Assembly (NCBI GenBank): GCA_031372065.1
Contig: JANMKN010000391.1
Coordinates: 1 to 15,976, forward strand
Direction: 5' to 3'
DNA length: 15,976 nt
Source of the DNA: Abditibacteriaceae bacterium
Lineage (GTDB): Bacteria > Armatimonadota > Abditibacteriia > Abditibacteriales > Abditibacteriaceae
Under the pieces are notes generated by a model, which saw only the letters and a list, made by a program, of their open reading frames with translations, ran no database searches and was not told the DNA's origin. A program made the position numbers and the translations under genes. Below, piece after piece: positions 6,403-15,100 of the stretch; positions within the stretch are counted from its first letter, which is position 1, and the number at the start of each line of letters is the position of its first letter.

Positions 6403-9060
6403 ATGTATTCGCCGCTCATCATGTTGCAAGAAATTCTCGAAAAACTGCGCCGCCCGTTGGAAATGGAAGCGAAAACCAACTTCGCCAACGCTGCGATTAT
6501 CGGCGGCCTCGACAACCACGTTTTAACTCAAACACGCCGCGTTTTGGATTTAATGCGTAAAGGTGAAATGTCACGCGAAGGAGAATTTCATTGGCAACGC
6601 TTACACGATTCGTGGACGCAATATGAGCGTTCAGATGCCAAGCGGCGCGAAAGGATTGTGGAGGATTCACAGCGAATTTTGGATGTAATAGAGCGAGGAG
6701 GCTGGGCAATCGAACCGGATAGGGAGAGGAAGCAAACAAAAGCCAATTCACTCATGCCGAATCCTGACTCGGATTTGCCAAATCCGGCCTCGGACAGCCC
6801 AAATCCGGCCTCGGATTTTCAAAAACCGGACTCGGATTTCGTAAATTACCACTCGGATTCGGCAAATCCGAGGGCGGATTCGGCAAATCCGAGGGCGGAT
6901 TCGACCAATCCAAGTGATCTTTCAGCCCCTGAAAGCCCAAAACCGACCCCAAAAAGCGGATTTCGACCCGATTTAGGCACCGAATTGACGTATTTAAAGG
7001 GCATCGGACCAAAGCGCGCCGAGCTTTTGCAAAAATTGGGCTTGAAAACCGTTTACGACTTGCTGTATTATTTTCCGGCGCGCTACGAAGACCGCAGGCA
7101 AGCTAAACCGCTCTCGCACGTCGAAATCGGCGCCAAAGAAGCGCTCGTCGTGACGGTTTTATATCCGCCGTCTACGCGCGTTATGGGCGGGCGCATGAGT
7201 GGCCGCAAAGTCACCAAAGTGCGTGTTGGCGATGATTCGGGCCGCGCCGATTTGCAATGGTGGAATCAACCTTACCGCGAAAAGCAATTTCAGCCGGGAA
7301 TGCAATTGTTCGTTTATGGGAAAATCGGCGAATTCAACGGACTTTTGCAAATTGATTCGCCGGAATTTGAAATTTTAGGCGAAAACGACAAATTGCAAGT
7401 CGGGCGCATCGTGCCGATTTATCCGATGACCGAAGGCTTGCATCAAGGCCCGATTCGCCGCGCCATCCACGGCGCACTGGAAATGTGCGGCGGCAACCTG
7501 GAAGAAATGCTGCCCGATTGGTTGCGCGCCCAAAACGACTTTCCCGACCTTGAAACCGCGTTGCGCCAGATTCATTTCCCCGACAGTTGGGAAGCGCAAA
7601 AGGCGGCGCGCGAACGGCTGGTTTACGAAGAATTGTTCTTGTTGCAAGTGGCGCTTGCGCAAAAGAAAATCGCCGCGCATAGCGAAGAAATTGGTCTGCG
7701 CCATGAAGTCGAAGAAGAAAAAATCAAATCCTTCGTGCGCGCATTGCCTTTCAAATTAACCGGCGCGCAAAAACGCGTCATGAACGAAATTCGCCGCGAT
7801 TTTAAATCGCCGCGCCCGATGAATCGCTTGCTGCACGGCGATGTCGGCAGCGGCAAAACCATCGTCGCGGCCTATGCGCTGTGGACGGCGCACATGACCG
7901 GCCATCAAGGGGCACTTTTGGCCCCCACGGAAATTTTAGCCGAGCAGCATTTCTCCACTTTGACGCGCCTTTTTAAGCCGCTGGGCATCGAAGTGGCGCT
8001 CTTGGAAGGCTCAATTAGATCGAAAAACAAGAAACGCATTCAAGCCGATTTAAGCGAAGGCCGCGTTTCGATTGTCGTCGGCACGCACGCGTTAATTCAG
8101 GAAGGCATCGAGTTCAACAAACTCGGCATTTGCGTGATTGACGAGCAGCATCGCTTCGGCGTTATGCAACGCGCGGCTTTACAGAAAAAAGGCTTTGCCG
8201 GTTTGCGTCCCGATGTTTTGGTGATGACCGCCACGCCGATTCCACGCACCATGGCGCTGACGATTTACGGCGATCTGGACGTTTCGGTTTTGGACGAACT
8301 GCCGCCCGGACGCCAGCCGATAAAAACCGTCAAAATCAAGCCGCAACAACGCGAACGCGCTTATAAATTTGTGTTGGACGAAGTCAAAGGCGGGCGTCAG
8401 GCTTATGTCGTTTGTCCGCTTGTCGAACAATCCGAATCGGAAAGCATCGCGCATTTGCAAGCGGCGACGGCCTTGGCCGAGCGCCTGCGCCACGAAGAAC
8501 TCAAAGACCTGCGCGTGGGCCTTGTGCATGGACAATTAAACGTCATCGAACGCGAAGAGCAAATGGAACTTTTCCGCGCCGGAATGCACGATGTTTTGGT
8601 TTCGACAACCGTTATCGAAGTCGGCGTGGACGTGCCAAACGCCACAGTGATGCTCATCGAAGACGCCGAACGTTTTGGCCTGTCGCAGTTGCACCAATTG
8701 CGAGGCCGCGTCGGGCGCGGCATTCACAAATCGTATTGTGTTTTGATGGGCGACCCGCGCACCGACGACGGCAAAGCACGCCTCGGCGTGATGACCAAAA
8801 CGCAAAACGGCTTCGAGATCGCCGAACACGATTTACAACTGCGCGGCCCCGGCGAATTTTACGGCACGCGCCAAAGCGGCCTGCCCGATTTCCGTTTGGC
8901 GAACATCATTTCCGACGTTGAAATCATCCAGCAAGCCCGCGATGCCGCCCTGCAATTAGTCAGCGCCGACCCGCACCTGCAAGGCGAAGAACACGACGCC
9001 CTCAAACGCGCCCTGCGTAGATTCTGGGGCGAAAAATTGAGCTTGATTCAGGTGAGTTAG
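6403..9060 (+). CDS. recG: ATP-dependent DNA helicase RecG with an N-terminal extension containing a heptapeptide repeat
   Basis: 885 aa. LKGIGPKRA/DLLYYFPARYEDR N-domain, wedge region, LHGDVGSGKT, APTEILAEQH, DEQHRFG, MTATPIPRT, QLHQLRGRVGRG and the TRG motif DLQLRGPGE. An alternative start is ATG 6421. Confidence 0.98.
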   Translation: MYSPLIMLQEILEKLRRPLEMEAKTNFANAAIIGGLDNHVLTQTRRVLDLMRKGEMSREGEFHWQRLHDSWTQYERSDAKRRERIVEDSQRILDVIERGGWAIEPDRERKQTKANSLMPNPDSDLPNPASDSPNPASDFQKPDSDFVNYHSDSANPRADSANPRADSTNPSDLSAPESPKPTPKSGFRPDLGTELTYLKGIGPKRAELLQKLGLKTVYDLLYYFPARYEDRRQAKPLSHVEIGAKEALVVTVLYPPSTRVMGGRMSGRKVTKVRVGDDSGRADLQWWNQPYREKQFQPGMQLFVYGKIGEFNGLLQIDSPEFEILGENDKLQVGRIVPIYPMTEGLHQGPIRRAIHGALEMCGGNLEEMLPDWLRAQNDFPDLETALRQIHFPDSWEAQKAARERLVYEELFLLQVALAQKKIAAHSEEIGLRHEVEEEKIKSFVRALPFKLTGAQKRVMNEIRRDFKSPRPMNRLLHGDVGSGKTIVAAYALWTAHMTGHQGALLAPTEILAEQHFSTLTRLFKPLGIEVALLEGSIRSKNKKRIQADLSEGRVSIVVGTHALIQEGIEFNKLGICVIDEQHRFGVMQRAALQKKGFAGLRPDVLVMTATPIPRTMALTIYGDLDVSVLDELPPGRQPIKTVKIKPQQRERAYKFVLDEVKGGRQAYVVCPLVEQSESESIAHLQAATALAERLRHEELKDLRVGLVHGQLNVIEREEQMELFRAGMHDVLVSTTVIEVGVDVPNATVMLIEDAERFGLSQLHQLRGRVGRGIHKSYCVLMGDPRTDDGKARLGVMTKTQNGFEIAEHDLQLRGPGEFYGTRQSGLPDFRLANIISDVEIIQQARDAALQLVSADPHLQGEEHDALKRALRRFWGEKLSLIQVS
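6755..6924. repeat. In-frame 21-bp tandem array (8 units) inside recG encoding PNPxSDx-type heptapeptides; units are quasi-palindromic and the array inverts internally
   Basis: Unit cores at 6760, 6781, 6802, 6823, 6844, 6865, 6886 and 6907 (exact 21-bp step). Unit consensus is AAATCCG-N4-CGGATT(T/C). 6755-6779 matches the reverse complement of 6861-6885 at 22/25. Confidence 0.92.
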
Positions 9061-9064
9061 ATTT

Positions 9065-9676
9065 ATGGGACTTGACTACGAATATCACCTATATTTTCCA
9101 CGCGACGAAATGTGGAATGTGCTGGAATCTGTTGCGGCAATGGCAGCACCGGTTGGGGAAACGAAAATCATTTTGCCTAACCGCGAAATTGTTTTGCCTT
9201 TTACGGTGCGTTTTAAAAACGAAACGATTGTTTTTGACGAATCAGTTAAGCAACTGAATTTCGACACGAGTTTGTGGTTCACAAACGATGAATATATTGA
9301 AAGAGATTTGCACGAAGGTTATCCAGATGCCGAAGTTAGAAAAAAATACTACGATGAGAAAAATCATGTCCGTATTGGCTATATTTATCTGAGAGTAATT
9401 CCTGATTCACGAAATTCTGGTTACAAAAGCAGATGGAAACCGAACATTTGTTGCTTTGAATTTGCAGCCGCCACCACAAGTATGAGTTTATTATTTGAAG
9501 ATTCCATTTCCATCAAGCGTGCGTTAAAACGCTTACTGAAAAAACACAAAGGCTTTGGTGGTCATCTTTTTGATTCCGATTACGTTTACCATGCACCATC
9601 GGCGTTGTGGCCGCCTGACATGAGCGTGCGCGAAATGCTGCAAACTCTAATTGAGCCGGAAGAATCTGATTTGTAA
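9065..9676 (+). CDS. Hypothetical protein, AT-rich relative to recG
   Basis: 203-aa ORF starting 4 nt after the recG stop, with protein-like composition. Hand-counted GC is about 41% over 9061-9660. No motif recognised. Confidence 0.75.
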   Translation: MGLDYEYHLYFPRDEMWNVLESVAAMAAPVGETKIILPNREIVLPFTVRFKNETIVFDESVKQLNFDTSLWFTNDEYIERDLHEGYPDAEVRKKYYDEKNHVRIGYIYLRVIPDSRNSGYKSRWKPNICCFEFAAATTSMSLLFEDSISIKRALKRLLKKHKGFGGHLFDSDYVYHAPSALWPPDMSVREMLQTLIEPEESDL

Positions 9677-9851
9677 AGCTACTCCTTTGCGCGAGTGGTG
9701 AAAAATTGAAATTCGCCTGTGTGTCGTAACCTACGAAGAGAATCAACTTTGCGGTGCCTTTGTTACACTGCTTCGCGGTCAAAACGTGCCGGTGGAAACC
9801 AGCATTTTGCGGACATTATGAGCGTCTCTGTTGAAAACGATGGATTAGATA

Positions 9852-10700
9852 ATGATTCTGGAGGCGTGGAAAGTTGGGAAGATGATGGAACAGCATAACG
9901 AAAAAACCTCCGCTGAATTGGAAAGCGAATATCACGCGACAGTAGGCGATCATCGGGGCGAAAACGGTGATTTTGTGGGCGCGTTGGGAGAATACAAGAA
10001 AGCCGCGCACTTAGATGCCAGCCCCCATCGCTTGATGAAACTGGCCGATGGCTATGCTGCCGTTGACTTGCCGCAAAAAGCCTTTGATTTATATCAACGG
10101 GCGTTGCGAGCGCAGAGCGAAAGCGGTGACGAGGCCGATTTGACCGAGGCGCACATCGGAATGGGCGATATTTGCTGCACCTTTGCGCGCAGCGCGGCAG
10201 CCATTCGCTCTTATGAGCGCGCGGTGCGTTCGAGTCCGAAAAAACCCTTTTATCGCTGGAAATTAGCCGTCGCTTTGGCGACTTTGGGTTTGTATGACAA
10301 AGCCGCCGCGCAATTGAACGTCGCCCTTGAACTGGCGCCCGGCGATGCCTTCTATCATTTTCAATTGGCCGATGTGTATTTGTTAATGCGCCGCAGCGAA
10401 GACGCGATTTTGCATTTCGAAAGCGCGGTAAAGCGAGCGCCGCGCGACGAATACTATCACTTGCGTTTGGGCGCCGCGCTGTTGCGTTTTGATCGCACTC
10501 ACGAAGCAGTGCGGCATTTTGAGCGCGCCGTGGAATTAAAGCCGGAAAACTCTTCGTATCGCACGCTGCTGCGTTATGCCTATGCGCGCAATTTTCAGGA
10601 GCCAGCCATCAGCGTAGATGTGGAAATGCTGGAACTGGGGCCGTATGATGAAGATTTCGTCAAGCGCATTCAACGAATGGCCCAACCCACAGCATCCTGA
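9852..10700 (+). CDS. Tetratricopeptide repeat (TPR) protein
   Basis: 282 aa with successive ~34-aa TPR units (YERAVRSSP, LNVALELAP, FESAVKRAP, FERAVELKP). The start may be ATG 9882 or 9885. Confidence 0.88.
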   Translation: MILEAWKVGKMMEQHNEKTSAELESEYHATVGDHRGENGDFVGALGEYKKAAHLDASPHRLMKLADGYAAVDLPQKAFDLYQRALRAQSESGDEADLTEAHIGMGDICCTFARSAAAIRSYERAVRSSPKKPFYRWKLAVALATLGLYDKAAAQLNVALELAPGDAFYHFQLADVYLLMRRSEDAILHFESAVKRAPRDEYYHLRLGAALLRFDRTHEAVRHFERAVELKPENSSYRTLLRYAYARNFQEPAISVDVEMLELGPYDEDFVKRIQRMAQPTAS

Positions 10701-10726
10701 GCGCGTTGGCTTAAGCGCGTTTTGCC

Positions 10727-10755
10727 TTGACGAAAAAGGAGCAATTCGCCATAAT
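10727..10755 (+). promoter_or_regulatory. sigma70-type promoter of tRNA-Thr
   Basis: TTGACG (10727-10732), a 17-nt spacer, then CATAAT (10750-10755), 40 nt upstream of the tRNA. Confidence 0.75.
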
Positions 10756-10795
10756 GTGTCAGGCTGTTTGGTGGGAAGAATTGACCATTTAACTT

Positions 10796-10868
10796 GCCAT
10801 CTTAGCTCAGTTGGTAGAGCAGCTCACTCGTAATGAGCAGGTCGCCGGTTCGAGTCCGGCAGATGGCT
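10796..10868 (+). tRNA. tRNA-Thr(CGT), CCA not encoded
   Basis: Acceptor stem GCCATCT/AGATGGC, D arm GCTC-AGTTGGTA-GAGC, anticodon arm GCTCA-CT-CGT-AA-TGAGC, T arm GCCGG-TTCGAGT-CCGGC. 73 nt including the discriminator. Confidence 0.97.
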
Positions 10869-10973
10869 TTGAATTGATTTTGTATTGAGATTGTCCTTGT
10901 ATGCTAAAACACTATTGCTGTTCCCGTAGGCCGGAACGCTAAACCATCAAAACCAGATTTCGTCAGTTTTTGT

Positions 10974-11014
10974 AAAATCCGCCCCTGCGCAAAGCACATG
11001 GCGGATTTTTCTTT
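10974..11014 (+). terminator. Intrinsic terminator-like hairpin downstream of the tRNA
   Basis: AAAATCCGCC (10974-10983) / GGCGGATTTT (11000-11009) form a perfect 10-bp inverted repeat running into TTTTTCTTT. Confidence 0.7.
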
Positions 11015-11026
11015 GTCTGAATTACC

Positions 11027-12010
11027 ATGAAAACCAAATTAAAGATCACACGACTCCATCTGCTTTTTTTGACTGTTGCGCTGCCTTTGGTTGCGTGGGC
11101 GGCGTCTTATAGCGCGCCAACGCAAACCACCGAAATTTGGCGCACCGATTGGCGCGATGCCAAGCGCAATCGCACCGTGCCAGTCAAGATTTACTATCCC
11201 AAAAGCGAGGGCCTTTTTCCGGTGATTATCTTTTCGCACGGTTTGGGCGGCACGCGCGAAGGCTACGATTATGTCGGCAACTTTTGGTCAGCGCACGGCT
11301 ATATTTCCGTTCATTTGCAGCACGAGGGCAGCGACGATTCGGTATGGCGCAATGGCGGAATGCAAGCGATGGGCCGCGCCGCCAATGGCAAAAATGCCGT
11401 TGACCGCGCCGGGGACGTGTCATTTGCCATTGACCAACTGGAAAAGCTGAATAAGGACGCGAATTTCCCGTTGCGCGGCAAGTTGAACTTGCAAAAAATC
11501 GGCATGGCCGGTCATTCGTTTGGCGCCAACACCACGCTGCTGGTTTCCGGTTTGAAATTGCCTTTGGCGAAATCGCTGGCCGATCCGCGCATTCAATGCG
11601 CGATTGCAATGAGTTCACCCGCGCCGACTTTGAAAAATTATGATGAAATTTATGGCGGCATTGTAATTCCGATTTATCATCTGACTGGCACCAAAGATAT
11701 TTCGCCGATTGACAGACCGGGCAGCAGTGCCCAAGACCGGCAATTGCCTTTCAAGCACAGCAAAGGCGCCGATGCGTATTTAACGACTTTTCAAGACGGC
11801 GATCACATGGTTTTTTCAGGTCGTCGGCGCGGCGCTCCCGTGGCCTCGGATGAGCGCAATCACGCACTGATTCAACAAAGCACTTTGGCGTTTTGGGACG
11901 CTTATTTGAAAGGCGACGCAGGCGCCAAACGCTGGCTACAAAACGATTTCGCCATAGAACTGGCCGCTAACGGCACTTTTGAGCAGCGAATTGCCAAAAC
12001 AAAGCCATAA
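11027..12010 (+). CDS. Secreted alpha/beta-fold hydrolase (predicted dienelactone hydrolase / PAF-acetylhydrolase / chlorophyllase-like esterase)
   Basis: 327 aa. Signal peptide (AWA), PVIIFSHGLGG oxyanion region, nucleophile elbow GHSFG, candidate Asp in TGTKD and candidate His in GDHM. Confidence 0.88.
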   Translation: MKTKLKITRLHLLFLTVALPLVAWAASYSAPTQTTEIWRTDWRDAKRNRTVPVKIYYPKSEGLFPVIIFSHGLGGTREGYDYVGNFWSAHGYISVHLQHEGSDDSVWRNGGMQAMGRAANGKNAVDRAGDVSFAIDQLEKLNKDANFPLRGKLNLQKIGMAGHSFGANTTLLVSGLKLPLAKSLADPRIQCAIAMSSPAPTLKNYDEIYGGIVIPIYHLTGTKDISPIDRPGSSAQDRQLPFKHSKGADAYLTTFQDGDHMVFSGRRRGAPVASDERNHALIQQSTLAFWDAYLKGDAGAKRWLQNDFAIELAANGTFEQRIAKTKP

Positions 12011-12076
12011 GTGCAACTTGCCGCGTTATGCGGCTTCAAAACAGGCCGGAAATCTTCCATTTCATCGCGGCGCCGC

Positions 12077-12105
12077 CTGACCCATAGAAGCGCGCCGGGT
12101 AAAAT
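12077..12105 (+). promoter_or_regulatory. Candidate sigma70 promoter for the DUF1553 gene
   Basis: CTGACC (12077-12082), 17 nt, then TAAAAT (12100-12105), 19 nt before ATG 12125. This favours a start at 12125 over GTG 12011. Motif match only. Confidence 0.45.
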
Positions 12106-12124
12106 GGAAAGCATACGAACCGGC

Positions 12125-15100
12125 ATGAACATTTTTCCTTTTTTCAATCGCTTTGTAAGCCCGACGACTGAAGTCGCGGCTCAAGGCTCTGCGAGCCAAT
12201 CGTCGGCCTGCGCCGACGGTTTCATTGTGTCCACGAAGGTGGACATTTGGCGCTGTGCGCCCAGAGCCGCGATTTCAGTCGCCGGGCTTTTCCTGTTTTT
12301 CCTATCGTTGCCTGCGCACGCCAAAGTGGATTTTAATCGGGATATTCGTCCGATTGTCTCCAACACTTGCTTTCTTTGTCACGGCCCCGACCCCAACGCG
12401 CGCAAGGCGAAATTGCGTTTAGACGTGCGCGAAGAAGCCATCGCGCGCGGCGCCATTTTGCCGGGAAAACCTGAAGAAAGCGAGGCTTATAAACGCGTTG
12501 CTTCAAAAAATTCTGATGAAATTATGCCGCCGCCGGAATTGCACAAAGCCTTAACGCCGCAGCAAATCGCCACCTTTAAGCAATGGATTCTCGAAGGCGC
12601 CGAATACAAAAAACACTGGTCATACGAAAAACCGCAGCGCCCCCCCCTGCCCAAAGTAAAAAACGCGAAGTGGTCGCAAAACGCAATTGATAATTTCATC
12701 TTGGCGCGATTGGAAAAAGAAGGCCTCGCGCCGCAGCCTGAAGCCGAAAAAACCGCATTGGTTCGCCGCGTTTCTTTGGATTTAACGGGCTTGCCGCCCA
12801 CTCCCGAAGAAGTCGAAAATTTCGTGTCTGATAAAGCAAACAACGCTTACGAAAAAGTGGTGGATCGCTTGCTTGCTTCGCCCGCTTATGGCGAACATCA
12901 GGCGCGGCAGTGGCTGGATTTGGCGCGCTACGCCGATTCCGCCGGTTATGCCGACGACCCGCCGCGCACCATTTGGGCGTATCGCGATTACGTCATCAAA
13001 TCGTTTAACGACAACAAGCCCTTCGATCAATTTACCGTTGAACAAATCGCGGGCGACCTTTTGCCGAATCCGACCGAAGACCAATTGGTAGCGACAGCGT
13101 TTCATCGTAACACCATGACCAACAGTGAAGGCGGCACGGATGACGAAGAGTTTCGCAACGCCGCTATCGTTGATCGTGTAAATACGACACTAAGTGTGTG
13201 GATGGGCACTTCGATGGCGTGCGCGCAGTGCCACACGCACAAATATGACCCGATCACGCAAAAAGAATATTTTCAAGTGTTCGCGTTTTTTAATCAGTCG
13301 CAAGATTCCGATAAAAAAGACGAAGCGCCGCTGCTTTCGCTTTTCAGCGAAGACCAAAAAATGCAGCGCAAAGCGTGGGAAAGCGAAGCGCAAACCATTG
13401 AAAAACAATTCACTGCGCCGCGCCCTGAAATTGTGGCCACTGCAAAACAATGGGCGCGTGAATTCCCGACCAGTCTCGATTGGAAAACGCTGGCGCCCGA
13501 TACTTTAAAAACCGAATCGGGCGGCCAATTGAAGAACGAAAACGGCCTGCTTTTGGCAAGCGCGGCCAAGCAAGACACTTACACCATCGAAGCGCCGATT
13601 GAAGGAAAACTTTCAGCACTGCGTTTGGAAACTTTGCCCGATGCGCCCTTGCCGGGCAACGGGCCGGGCCACGCGGGCGGCAATTTTGTGGTCACGAAAA
13701 TCGGCGCGATGCTGCTTCCGCCTAACAACGCTCTGGGGCCAAAGGCGCGCTTTGTGCGCGTTGAACTTCCGGGCGCCGGAAAGCTGCTGCAACTCGCCGA
13801 AGTGCAAGTTTTCAGCGGCGGCGAAAACATCGCTTTGCGCGGCGAAGCCAAACAAAGCAGCACCTATGCCGACGCCCAGGCCAAGCGCGCTATTGATGGC
13901 AACATGGCGGGCGAATACGACAAAGGTTCTGTCTCGCACACCGGCGAAAACGATCCCAATCCGTGGTGGGAAGTTGACCTCAAAAGCGAAGTGCCCATTG
14001 ACCGTATCGTGATTTGGAATCGTGTTGAAGCTGGTGAACGCCTCGAAGGTTTTCGCCTTGTGGCGTTGGATGCAAACCGGCGCGAAGTGTGGACAAAAGA
14101 CAAAAATCCCGCGCCGCAATTGCAGGCGACTTTTGATGTCAGTGGTGCGCGTCCGATTTCTTTTAACAATGCCGTCGCCGATTTCACGCAAAACGAATTC
14201 GACGCGCGCGATGTCCTTGGCGGCAACGCTGATAAAAAAGATGCTTCGCGCGGTTGGGCCATTGGGGGCGCGCAAGGGCAAGCGCATTGGCTTTCGCTCT
14301 TGGCCGATAAACCTATTGAAGCGCCGCCCGGTTCGCGTTTGCGCATCACCATTGAGCAAAAATCGCCCTATGAAAATCACGTTTTAGGCCGCTTTCGCTT
14401 GTCGCAAACGACTGATGCGCGCGCGGACGAAACTTTGCGAACGCCATCGGAAATTTTAAAATTGCTGGCTGAAAAGAAATTCGATGACGCGCAAATCGCT
14501 GCTTATTACGCGCGGCAAATCGCGCCGGAACTCAAAAATGAACGGCAAAAATTAGCGACGCTCAACAAAAATATCGTCGAGCAAAAACCGGTCACCGTTC
14601 CTGTTTTGCGCGAAGTGGCTACCGAAGCGCAACGCAAAACGCGCGTCCAATTGCGCGGCAGTTATCTGGCGCTGGATGAAGAAGTTGGCCCGGCTGTGCC
14701 CGCCGTTTGGTCACCCTTGCCCAAAGACGCCACGCCCAATCGTTTGGCTTTGGCGCGCTGGCTGGTGGCCGATGATAATCCGCTCACGGCGCGTGTGGTT
14801 GCCAATCGCTATTGGGAAAATCTGTTTGGCATCGGCCTTGTGCGCACCGTCGAAGAATTCGGTTCGCAAGGCGAAATGCCAACGCATCCCGAATTGCTCG
14901 ATTGGTTGGCAACGGAATTAGTGCGGCAAAAGTGGGACATCAAACAGTTTTTGAAACTGCTGGTGATGTCGAAATCCTACCGGCAATCATCGAAAGTAAC
15001 GCCCGTCTTAATTGAAAAAGACCCGGAAAATATTCTCGTTTCGCGCGGCCCGCGTTTTCGCATGAGCGCCGAAATGGTGCGCGATCAGGCGTTAGCCGTC

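Noticed and set aside
6403..6960. Intein or frameshift explaining the long RecG N-terminus
   Set aside because: There are no intein C/S...HN splice motifs and the frame is continuous. The extension is a helical N-domain plus a low-complexity linker.
6752..7012. 86-aa minus-strand ORF with PNPPSDL repeats as a real gene
   Set aside because: It is antisense to recG and explained by the dyad symmetry of the DNA repeat. It is used only as evidence for that symmetry.
9677..9851. Small gene or ncRNA between the hypothetical and TPR genes
   Set aside because: Only short frames without a convincing start or RBS, and no stable structure recognised.
10796..10868. tRNA-Thr as an integration site of a genomic island
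   Set aside because: I found no integrase and no duplicated tRNA 3' end in the window, and the downstream genes have host-like composition.
10915..11010. c-di-GMP-I riboswitch (contains GCTAAACC and GCGCAAAGC words)
   Set aside because: The order and pairing do not fit the GEMM architecture and there is no GNRA-capped stem between the words. An Infernal scan would settle it.
12011..12124. GTG start at 12011 for the DUF1553 gene
   Set aside because: It abuts the upstream stop and gives a non-protein-like N-terminus. A promoter-like motif at 12077-12105 and the signal-peptide logic favour ATG 12125.
12150..12290. GCTTT direct repeat (12150-12154 and 12286-12290) as a target-site duplication
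   Set aside because: The second copy overlaps the inverted-repeat arm, and the 136-bp spacing would not preserve the frame on excision. It is likely coincidental in T-rich context.
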